From the NCBI RefSeq assembly GCF_000019605.1, contig NC_010482.1:1380001-1412000 (forward strand): 32,000 bases of DNA, read 5' to 3'. Shown here in pieces: positions 8,269-15,281 of the stretch. Every line of letters begins with the position of its first letter. Within the stretch, counting starts at the first letter, position 1. The notes below the pieces were generated by a model. It made no database searches. It was not told where the DNA came from and saw only the letters and a program-made list of their open reading frames with translations. Source of the stretch: Candidatus Korarchaeum cryptofilum OPF8 (GTDB lineage: Archaea > Korarchaeota > Korarchaeia > Korarchaeales > Korarchaeaceae). Position numbers and translations under genes: made by a program.

Positions 8269-8341
8269 AGCCCCGTGGTGTAGCGGCCAAGCACGCCGGG
8301 CTCTGGACCCGGAGACCCCGGTTCGAATCCGGGCGGGGCTA
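8269..8341 (+). tRNA. tRNA-Gln(CUG)
   Basis: Acceptor stem is AGCCCCG/CGGGGCT with discriminator A. Anticodon arm is CCGGG-CTCTGGA-CCCGG. T arm is CCCGG-TTCGAAT-CCGGG. A TATA-like AAAGCTTAATATTT lies about 25 nt upstream. Confidence 0.9.
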
Positions 8342-8363
8342 CTCAATTCTTCAATCAAAATAG

Positions 8364-8437
8364 CGGGCCCGGGGGGCTTCGAACCCCCGACCCCCCGGTT
8401 AAGAGCCGGGTGCTCTACCATTCTGAGCTACGGGCCC
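8364..8437 (-). tRNA. tRNA-Lys(CUU)
   Basis: The reverse complement folds as GGGCCCG-TA-GCTC...GAGC-A-CCCGG-CTCTTAA-CCGGG-GGGTC-GGGGG-TTCGAAG-CCCCC-CGGGCCC-G. A TTTTTTATTGC box lies upstream on the minus strand. Confidence 0.9.
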
Positions 8438-8469
8438 CTCCTCACTTAATGATGATGCAATAAAAAACC

Positions 8470-9606
8470 TTACGCTCGCTTAGCGAGCTCCACAGCGTAC
8501 CTCACTGCCTCCTCAGCGGACTCCGTAGCCTTTATCCCTATCTCCTCGAGTATCCTCTTCCCCTCATCAGCCTGATTCCCGCTCATCCTGACCACTACCG
8601 GGATCTTGAGCAATCCCTTCTCCTTAATAGATTTAACTCCGAGTGCGACGTCTAATGCGCTCGTGATACCGCATAAAGTATTTATGAGGACGACGCTGGC
8701 CCTGGGGTTCGAGAGTATTATCTCCAAGGCGTTAGCTACTCTGTCCGCTGAGGCCCCTCCCCCGACATCGCAGAAATTAGCTGGCTTACCGCCGAAAGTG
8801 TGGACCAGATCCATAGTGGCCATGGCTAAACCGGCCCCATTAGCCATGGTCCCTATGTTACCGTCCAGCTCTACGTAAGCTATATCCCTCTTCCTCGCTT
8901 CATTCTCCCTCGGATTCTCCGATGAGTAATACCTCTTCTCGAATTCCATGTGCCTGAAGAGAGCGTTATCATCAACCTCTATCCTAGCATCCAGTGCTAC
9001 GAGCCTCCCATCCTTGGTCAGGGCTAGGGGGTTTATCTCGAGCATCACCGCATCATATTCGACCGCCACATCCCACAATGAACTTATTATCCTCTGTATC
9101 TCGTTAACCTTATCTGGGACATTCTTGGCTGCGTTTTTAGCTAGAGCCCTAGCTATATGGGACCTCATCCCCATGAGCGGGTGGACAGTCCTCTTCTCTA
9201 TCGACTCGGGGTGGCTTGCAGCTATCTCCTCAACATCCATCCCTCCGTAAGGGGTGGATATGAAGGTCATGCCCCTCGAATTCCTGTCAATTATCCCTCC
9301 GATATATATCTCAGTGGCAGTATCAACGGGCTCCTCAACGAGCAAGGAGCTCACTTCATATCCATAGAAAGTCCTTGAAAATAGCTCTTTAGCCACCTCT
9401 CTCGCTTCATTTGGAGAATTGACTAACTTTATCCCGCCAGCTTTCCCTCTCTGTCCATGTGGTATCTGTATCTTCAGAACCCCTCTTCCTCCAAGTTTCT
9501 CAACAGCTGAAGCAGCTTCCTCAGGATCTCTCGCTAGAATTCCCTTCGGAATCGGTATACCCTTAGAGGCCAGGGCCTCCTTTGACTCATACTCCAGAAG
9601 CCTCAT
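8470..9606 (-). CDS. sucC: Succinyl-CoA synthetase (ADP-forming) beta subunit
   Basis: ATP-grasp N-terminus is MRLLEYESKEALASKGIPIP. Also present are NIGTMANGAGLAMATMD and FCDVGGGAS. Confidence 0.9.
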   Translation of the reverse strand: MRLLEYESKEALASKGIPIPKGILARDPEEAASAVEKLGGRGVLKIQIPHGQRGKAGGIKLVNSPNEAREVAKELFSRTFYGYEVSSLLVEEPVDTATEIYIGGIIDRNSRGMTFISTPYGGMDVEEIAASHPESIEKRTVHPLMGMRSHIARALAKNAAKNVPDKVNEIQRIISSLWDVAVEYDAVMLEINPLALTKDGRLVALDARIEVDDNALFRHMEFEKRYYSSENPRENEARKRDIAYVELDGNIGTMANGAGLAMATMDLVHTFGGKPANFCDVGGGASADRVANALEIILSNPRASVVLINTLCGITSALDVALGVKSIKEKGLLKIPVVVRMSGNQADEGKRILEEIGIKATESAEEAVRYAVELAKRA

Positions 9607-9630
9607 GATGCATCTGGTACTTAAACATCG

Positions 9631-9645
9631 ATATTTTTAATATTT
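9631..9645. promoter_or_regulatory. Symmetric AT-rich element ATATT-TTT-AATAT(TT); candidate bidirectional TATA for sucC/sucD
   Basis: Its centre is about 32 nt from the sucC ATG (9606) and about 34 nt from the sucD ATG (9672). The arms ATATT/AATAT are reverse complements. Confidence 0.45.
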
Positions 9646-9671
9646 GACCTCCCAGTCCGGGAGGTGAAGGC

Positions 9672-10547
9672 ATGGCGATACTAGTCAGGGAAGGGATGAG
9701 GGTACTAGTTCAGGGGATAACTGGAAGGCAGGGGACTATACATACGAAGCTGATGCTCGAATATGGGACGAAGATAGTTGCGGGCGTCACTCCTGGGAAG
9801 TCTGGAGCTAAGGTATATGATGTGCCAGTTTTCGATTCCGTTGAGGAGGCTGTGAGGGAGAAGGGACCTATAGATGCATCTATAGTCTTCGTCCCAGCCC
9901 CTTATGCGATGGATGCTGTTATAGAGGCAGTGGATAACGCTATTCCGTTGGTCGTAGTCATAACTGAGGGGATACCTGTACACGATACCGCTAAATTCGT
10001 CAGCTATGCGAGGAGCATGGGTACAACAATAATAGGTCCCAACTGCCCGGGCATAATAGCTCCAGGTAAGGTGAAGATAGGGATAATGCCAGCTGACTCC
10101 TTCGCACCAGGACCAGTCGGTATAGTATCGAGGAGCGGGACCCTGACTTACGAGATCTCCCTATCCCTGAAGAATGCTGGGTATGGGTCAAGCACGACTA
10201 TAGGAATAGGGGGAGATCCCATAACTGGTTTGAACTTCATAGAGGTCTTAGAGTTATTCAAGGAGGATCCAGAGACTAAAGCAGTCGTGATAGTCGGGGA
10301 GATAGGGGGAGATGCTGAGGAGAGGGCAGCCAAGTACATAGCTCAGGGCTATCCCAAGCCTGTAGTGGCTTACGTAGCCGGGAGGACAGCTCCCCCTGGG
10401 AAGAGGATGGGTCACGCGGGGGCGATAATAACAGCTGGCCAGGGGACAGTCGAAAGCAAGGAAAGAGCTTTCTCAGAGGCGGGGGTTCCTGTAGCTAGGA
10501 CCCCCTTCGAAGTGGCTCCCCTCCTAGCTGAAAGATTGAGGCATTAA
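9672..10547 (+). CDS. sucD: Succinyl-CoA synthetase alpha subunit
   Basis: CoA-binding motif is [11 protein letters not shown]. The phosphohistidine loop is [19 protein letters not shown] lies immediately upstream of the ATG. Confidence 0.92.
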   Translation: MAILVREGMRVLVQGITGRQGTIHTKLMLEYGTKIVAGVTPGKSGAKVYDVPVFDSVEEAVREKGPIDASIVFVPAPYAMDAVIEAVDNAIPLVVVITEGIPVHDTAKFVSYARSMGTTIIGPNCPGIIAPGKVKIGIMPADSFAPGPVGIVSRSGTLTYEISLSLKNAGYGSSTTIGIGGDPITGLNFIEVLELFKEDPETKAVVIVGEIGGDAEERAAKYIAQGYPKPVVAYVAGRTAPPGKRMGHAGAIITAGQGTVESKERAFSEAGVPVARTPFEVAPLLAERLRH

Positions 10548-10556
10548 AGTCCTCAA

Positions 10557-11852
10557 CTAAGATTTGCAGGGAGGTATGTCCTCCAAGTAAATCACATCAG
10601 CTCGCTCGAGGAGGTAGCTGATATCCTCATTTAGATAAGGATCTACTTTAGCTATGAAAGCGCCGGATGGCGGATACATCTGGACCAGCCCTATAACGTA
10701 GAGCTTATCACCATCTAAGAGGACATCTCTCACGAGCGAATTACCCTGCGGAGTACCATTTCTTTGGACGAATATCTCCTGCGCCTTAGCGTGGTAAATA
10801 GATTCGTTCAAATAAATTGCATATATCGATTCATTTATTAAGCCCACGTATCCAGTGAATAAATTGGGATCCCAGCCGAATATATACGCTCTACCATTGA
10901 GCACCTTCGCCTTAGCCCAACATCCATTCCTGGACGGGGGCAGCCACGTGGCTTCTCCCAAGATGTTACCATCCTTATCTACGTATATGTAGCGGCAGGA
11001 GGAACTTGAAACTGCCAGGAGGAGTCCGTTCTTATGGCTGAATATATGCTCAACGCCTTCCGGCTCTTTGGTCACATAAATTTCCTTCTTGAGCTCCAAG
11101 TTGCCTTGTTCATCGAACCTCAGGAGCATCAGTTTGTAGGGTCCCGTGACATTTCCCGATATATATGGTATGTATATTTTACTATCGTTCACTTCTAATG
11201 TTAATGAATATTGCTGTCCTTCCTCGATCTCTTCGTCATCTAATACTTTAAATGATTTGATTAAATTACCGTTTCCATCGAATATATCGAGATAACTAGA
11301 ATTCCCTCTGTGCTCTATTGCATAAATTTTATTATTTGCTACTTTGAAATCCGTGAAGTTCCCGTTAACGGACCATATCTGATTGAACTTATAATCGAAC
11401 ATCGTTATATTGCTTCCGGCCGCTGCGAGCGTCTCTGAATACCAGTACCAAATTGACATTGCTACAAATCTATCCTCATCGTACTTCTCAGCTCTCCATA
11501 ACTTATGCTTGAGTTTCGCATGGCATATCGGCCTCAGATCCTCGGAGAGAATTACAGCAACTCCCTCATCATTATAACCGCCTAACGCATAAATCTTATC
11601 CTTAATCTTCAGGATCGCATATTGTGGTACATCGAGGCTCTTCTTCGGATCCTTTCGATCTATGAAGATAGCATCTCTTCCAGTTGTGGATAACGTCGTT
11701 GAATTGTCATGCTCTATAAGACTGCTGGTATTAGGGCTACTGGTATGAACTTGTGTATTAGAATGGCCAATCTGAGTTATTTCCATCGAGATTACTGCGG
11801 ATATGATAACTATGAGGATCACAGTAATGGCTATTATCTTCCCATTCATCAT
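10557..11852 (-). CDS. Membrane-anchored extracytoplasmic protein with beta-propeller-like repeats, unknown family
   Basis: N-terminal anchor/signal is MMNGKIIAITVILIVIISAVISM, followed by an S/T-rich linker. A blade-like motif recurs: KIYALGG, NKIYAIE, SKIYIPY, GRAYIFG, DKLYVIG. There are many N-x-S/T sequons. The DNA is visibly AT-rich. Confidence 0.6.
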   Translation of the reverse strand: MMNGKIIAITVILIVIISAVISMEITQIGHSNTQVHTSSPNTSSLIEHDNSTTLSTTGRDAIFIDRKDPKKSLDVPQYAILKIKDKIYALGGYNDEGVAVILSEDLRPICHAKLKHKLWRAEKYDEDRFVAMSIWYWYSETLAAAGSNITMFDYKFNQIWSVNGNFTDFKVANNKIYAIEHRGNSSYLDIFDGNGNLIKSFKVLDDEEIEEGQQYSLTLEVNDSKIYIPYISGNVTGPYKLMLLRFDEQGNLELKKEIYVTKEPEGVEHIFSHKNGLLLAVSSSSCRYIYVDKDGNILGEATWLPPSRNGCWAKAKVLNGRAYIFGWDPNLFTGYVGLINESIYAIYLNESIYHAKAQEIFVQRNGTPQGNSLVRDVLLDGDKLYVIGLVQMYPPSGAFIAKVDPYLNEDISYLLERADVIYLEDIPPCKS

Positions 11853-11956
11853 TCAGTAATCCAGTAAATCATAAATATAAATTTCTCGTCATTCGTCGTA
11901 TATATATAGCTATCGCATGAAAATCTCTATATTATTTTTCCTTCTCTATTCGGATT

Positions 11957-12874
11957 ATGAGAGACCTTCTATTAGTTTCCCTACTCATATTGCTTCTGTT
12001 ACCCATCCTGCATGGAGCGGCTCAACCGGATAATATGACTCAAGGGCTACCGGAGGGCAAAGAGGTGGATGAGGGAATAGATATAACTGAACTGATGAGG
12101 TTCTGGGAGGAAATGAAGAATGTACCCGGACCGAGTTTAACGCCAGAGCCCAACGTATACGTCACGGGGAGAGGATACGTTACGGATGGACAGGGGAGGT
12201 TCATCAATAGAGGGATCAATGTGACGGATTTGCCCATGGATCCGGATCGCTACTACGATATTAACGGGAATAGCTTTTACGTCTATAAGAATGATAAGCT
12301 CACATTCACTAATGTGGCATACAGTCAGTTCAAAGGCACCTATTTCTCAATCTTTGATAGGAACAATAAGTGTATGAATTGCAATGATAAACAGACATAT
12401 TCGGATTACAAGTATTATAAATGGATAAGGCAGCAAATTGCTGAAAAGAATTATCCAGATTACTTCAAAGTGCATGTGAAGTACTTCGTGCAAGCTATAC
12501 TGACGGGTTCTGTCTATAAGAACGGAAACCCGAATAATAAAGTTAATCTGACTGTCAGAGATAATACCGGAAGTCTCATTACGGCATTTGAGGCTGAGTT
12601 ATGGAGCGAGGAAAACTACTGTAAGGGGAGAAACGAGAACATGAAGTGTTACCGTGTAGGCTGGAACAATAATCGCTGTGGCTATCCCGATGATACCGAT
12701 GGAGGTGCTTCCCGCATAAGGAGGAATGCTATATCCGTCTCAACAGGCTACGGTTATTACCTGTACTATCCTATCCTAGCGAGCAGGAGCTTCGGCCGTC
12801 CTTATGTCATCACTCTACGTTCCCGCTTCCATCATCAATTCGCATTACAAGGCGTATTATACAAGAAGGGATGA
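11957..12874 (+). CDS. Secreted Cys-, Asn- and Tyr-rich protein, unknown family
   Basis: Signal peptide is MRDLLLVSLLILLLLPILHGAAQ. There is no later TM segment. Six Cys residues are present (CMNC, YC...KC, RC). The DNA is AT-rich and the gene is divergent from 10557..11852. Confidence 0.55.
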   Translation: MRDLLLVSLLILLLLPILHGAAQPDNMTQGLPEGKEVDEGIDITELMRFWEEMKNVPGPSLTPEPNVYVTGRGYVTDGQGRFINRGINVTDLPMDPDRYYDINGNSFYVYKNDKLTFTNVAYSQFKGTYFSIFDRNNKCMNCNDKQTYSDYKYYKWIRQQIAEKNYPDYFKVHVKYFVQAILTGSVYKNGNPNNKVNLTVRDNTGSLITAFEAELWSEENYCKGRNENMKCYRVGWNNNRCGYPDDTDGGASRIRRNAISVSTGYGYYLYYPILASRSFGRPYVITLRSRFHHQFALQGVLYKKG

Positions 12875-12979
12875 AACCACCCTATATTTTTCCATCTCAT
12901 CGTTTGCCCCATAAACCCTCCGCCTTCAGGGAGGGCTTTACTCCATCTACTATCTTTTTCGCAAAAACGGGTTGAGGGA

Positions 12980-13231
12980 TCACTCAGTCCCTCCGGATCC
13001 TTCTTTCAGCAGGTACCCCTTCCCCTCCGCCGTTATCCTGTAGAAAGTATAGCCCCCATGGGAGAATTTCTCCAGTAGCCCCTCATTGACCATCTCATCG
13101 AGGAGCTTCTTGAGGACCGATATCGAAACCTCCGTTCTATTTACTATCTCCCTTAAATGCAGCACCCCCTCTTTCTCAAGTTCCCTCAGGACCCTCTCCC
13201 TCAATCCCGATTCCATATTTGTCACCGGCAT
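12980..13231 (-). CDS. Small winged-helix DNA-binding protein (83 aa)
   Basis: The wHTH pattern is LRELEKEGVLHLREIVNRTEVSISVLKKLLDEMVNEGLLEK...YRITAEG. No sensor domain is present. Confidence 0.55.
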   Translation of the reverse strand: MPVTNMESGLRERVLRELEKEGVLHLREIVNRTEVSISVLKKLLDEMVNEGLLEKFSHGGYTFYRITAEGKGYLLKEGSGGTE

Positions 13232-13279
13232 GATAAAGCTTTATTTACCTTTAATGTTTCCTAGGGGAAGGGATCGAGA

Positions 13280-13444
13280 ATGCCCATAGAGGACCCATTC
13301 AAGAGGAGCGTCGCAGCCAAGGCCCTCCTCAATTTCAAGATATGCAGGAAGTGCGGGGCTAGAAATCCGGTAACAGCGACTAAATGTAGGAGGTGCAGGA
13401 GCACGAACCTCAGGTTGAAGAAAGCGAAGCTAGTGAGGAAGTGA
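13280..13444 (+). CDS. rpl40e: Ribosomal protein L40e (54 aa; below ORF-track cutoff)
   Basis: Hand translation gives MPIEDPFKRSVAAKALLNFKICRKCGARNPVTATKCRRCRSTNLRLKKAKLVRK*. The C-x2-C...C-x2-C zinc ribbon and the basic tail are typical of L40e. Confidence 0.85.
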   Translation: MPIEDPFKRSVAAKALLNFKICRKCGARNPVTATKCRRCRSTNLRLKKAKLVRK

Positions 13445-13460
13445 TTTATTAATAGGGAGG

Positions 13461-14513
13461 GTGTATATGAGCGGGCCCGTAGCTCAGCAAGGATCAGAGC
13501 GTCGGCCTGCGGAGCCGAAGGTCGCGGGTTCGAGTCCCGCCGGGCCCGCTTTACTCCTGATTTTTTTAATTCTGCCTTTAGCTCATGTTGAAGCTCAGCA
13601 GAACTTCGATGCAGTCGTCGTCAGGGGAGATATATACACGGATTGGATAATAGCGATGTCATACGGCATGTCCCACAGTTCCTGGATAATCCAACTCACT
13701 CCCACAAATGAGAATGAAGTATTGAAGCTAATAACGGGATTAGCGGGCTTCAAGAGGAACATATCGATCCTAGTAGTGGGAGCACCCAATGCAGTGCCGA
13801 TAGAGTTCGAGGAGAAGCTCCAGAACCTAGGAATAGTGGTCAAGAGAGTGGGCGGAGCCACGAGGCTGGATACATCCCTTTACCTCGCGATAAATTACTG
13901 GAGGGATTGCAAATCGCTGGTCCTCGTCGATGGGTTCAACTCATCCTATTACTTAGCCGCTCTGAGCGTAGCGGTTGAGAGGAAAGCCCCTATAATATAC
14001 ACGAAGGACGGTAAGCCTCCGGATGGTTTTAGGGAATCCCTGGAGAATCATCTGAAGGACTTAAAATCGATAATAGTTGTAGGAGGAAGCTTGGATCCCG
14101 ATGAAGCTGATTTCTTGAGGTCCAAGGGGTACTCAGTGAGCTACATCTCAGGGATGAACGTGACCCTGAGGTATCCGGGGGATAATCAGCTCATACCCGG
14201 GGAGATAGCTGCCCCTCTGCTCGCTTTAGTGGGCTTCCCCTTGGGATCCCTCCTAACTTACATCCTGATGAGGAGGGGTAAGAGGGAGGAGGGTGACCTG
14301 ATGGACTTCCTCACTCTAGATGAGAGGAAGCTCGTCGAGGTAGTTAAGGAGAAGGGGGAAGTATTTCAGGAGGAATTGCCTGAATTGACAGGATTTTCCA
14401 AGCCTAAGATAAGTAGGATGATAGCTGAGCTCTCCGATAGGAGGATATTGAGCAAGGAGAAATATGGGAAGACCTATATAATAAGGCTCAGTGAGAGGGC
14501 CAGGAACCTTTAA
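13461..14513 (+). CDS. Membrane-tethered transcriptional regulator: signal-like segment, about 190-aa ectodomain, one TM helix, cytoplasmic winged helix (start codon unresolved)
   Basis: The hydrophobic LLLIFLILPLAHVEA-QQ segment lies directly after the tRNA. The ectodomain has repeated units of the form VGG..R.DTS...A......VLVDG...Y.LAA...A....API. The TM helix is AAPLLALVGFPLGSLLTYILM followed by RRGKREE. The C-terminal wHTH is LDERKLVEVVKEKGEVFQEELPELTGFSKPKISRMIAELSDRRIL. The only canonical in-frame starts before the hydrophobic segment are GTG 13461 and ATG 13467, upstream of tRNA-Arg. Confidence 0.6.
   Translation: MYMSGPVAQQGSERRPAEPKVAGSSPAGPALLLIFLILPLAHVEAQQNFDAVVVRGDIYTDWIIAMSYGMSHSSWIIQLTPTNENEVLKLITGLAGFKRNISILVVGAPNAVPIEFEEKLQNLGIVVKRVGGATRLDTSLYLAINYWRDCKSLVLVDGFNSSYYLAALSVAVERKAPIIYTKDGKPPDGFRESLENHLKDLKSIIVVGGSLDPDEADFLRSKGYSVSYISGMNVTLRYPGDNQLIPGEIAAPLLALVGFPLGSLLTYILMRRGKREEGDLMDFLTLDERKLVEVVKEKGEVFQEELPELTGFSKPKISRMIAELSDRRILSKEKYGKTYIIRLSERARNL
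13473..13548 (+). tRNA. tRNA-Arg(GCG)
   Basis: Acceptor stem is GGGCCCG/CGGGCCC with discriminator G. D stem is GCTC/GAGC. Anticodon arm is TCGGC-CTGCGGA-GCCGA. T arm is GCGGG-TTCGAGT-CCCGC. TTTATTAATAGG lies about 22 nt upstream. Confidence 0.9.
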
Positions 14514-14525
14514 ATTACTCGAGCT

Positions 14526-14753
14526 ATGGGGATTGGAGGTGGTAATTTGTCCAAAGAGAGGTTGGTGTTCAAGCTCCTACCGGTGGATCGCGAGGTGTTC
14601 TGCACATCCTGCGGCAGGAAGGTGACTTATGAGAGGGGAATAGTGGCTTTTAAATGTCCTAACTGCGGGGAAGCGATAATAGTGAGGTGCAGCATCTGCA
14701 GGAAGCAAGCTAATGAATATGTATGCCCCAACTGCGGGTTCACGGGTCCCTGA
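14526..14753 (+). CDS. Small multi-CxxC zinc-ribbon protein (COG2888/DUF1610-like, commonly linked to aEF-1beta)
   Basis: Four Cys pairs are present: CTSCG, CPNCG, CSIC, CPNCG. It lies immediately upstream of ef1b. The start may instead be the TTG at 14547, which follows GGAGGTG. Confidence 0.65.
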   Translation: MGIGGGNLSKERLVFKLLPVDREVFCTSCGRKVTYERGIVAFKCPNCGEAIIVRCSICRKQANEYVCPNCGFTGP

Positions 14754-14763
14754 GGTGATCGCG

Positions 14764-15033
14764 ATGGCTAGGATACTCGCCATATATAGGGTCCTGCTCG
14801 ATGGGAGTATAAGCAGCGATGAGGCAATTCAAAGGATAAGGAAGGAGCTCGAAGATAAAGGTTTTAAGCTAGAGGGTTACGATGAAAACCCAATAGGATT
14901 CGGGATAGTTGCTTTAAACCTAAAGATAACTGCGCCTGAGGAGGATGGCATTACAGACGCTATATCCAGCGTCCTCGAGGAGTTGGAGGGTGTGAGTAGC
15001 GTGGAGCTCGATATGGTGAGCAGGGTGGGTTGA
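14764..15033 (+). CDS. ef1b: Translation elongation factor aEF-1 beta
   Basis: MARILAIYRVLLDG...NPIGFGIVALNLKITAPEEDG...EGVSSVELDMVSRV matches the aEF-1beta pattern (..P.AFGL.AL...). GAGGTGATC lies 3 nt upstream of the ATG at 14764. The ORF-track start at 14713 is an upstream extension. Confidence 0.85.
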   Translation: MARILAIYRVLLDGSISSDEAIQRIRKELEDKGFKLEGYDENPIGFGIVALNLKITAPEEDGITDAISSVLEELEGVSSVELDMVSRVG

Positions 15034-15281
15034 TGTCAAAGAACTTCCCACTGATCTACATCATATATGAGATAGTGAAGGAGAAAGGTTCTATAGACGA
15101 TCTGGAGCTCTTCGAGATACTCTCCTCTAAACTTCAGAGGGTCTCCCTCTCGGAGATAGAGAAAGCTCTACTGAAGCTGGAGGTCATGGGGAAGATAGTC
15201 ACCTCGAGCAAGGGGAAGAAAGGAGGGCTCTTAATAGAGCTTGCCGGGGAGAGGAAGTACATAACACCTGACGAGGAGTGA
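15033..15281 (+). CDS. Small hypothetical protein, winged-helix-like (82 aa)
   Basis: Its ATG overlaps the ef1b stop (TGATG). The sequence IIYEIVKEKGSIDDLELFEIL...LSEIEKALLKLEVMGKIV looks wHTH-like. Confidence 0.5.
   Translation: MSKNFPLIYIIYEIVKEKGSIDDLELFEILSSKLQRVSLSEIEKALLKLEVMGKIVTSSKGKKGGLLIELAGERKYITPDEE

Noticed and set aside
8194-8421. 75-aa minus-strand ORF
   Set aside because: It is simply the translation of the tRNA-Gln and tRNA-Lys genes and their spacer. The G/P/R-rich sequence comes from the GC-rich tRNA stems.
9647-9665. Hairpin ACCTCCC-AGTCC-GGGAGGT sequestering the sucD Shine-Dalgarno as a translational switch
   Set aside because: Given the TATA position, transcription probably starts within or after the hairpin, so the 5' arm may not be in the mRNA. 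A 7-bp stem at hyperthermophilic temperatures is also marginal.
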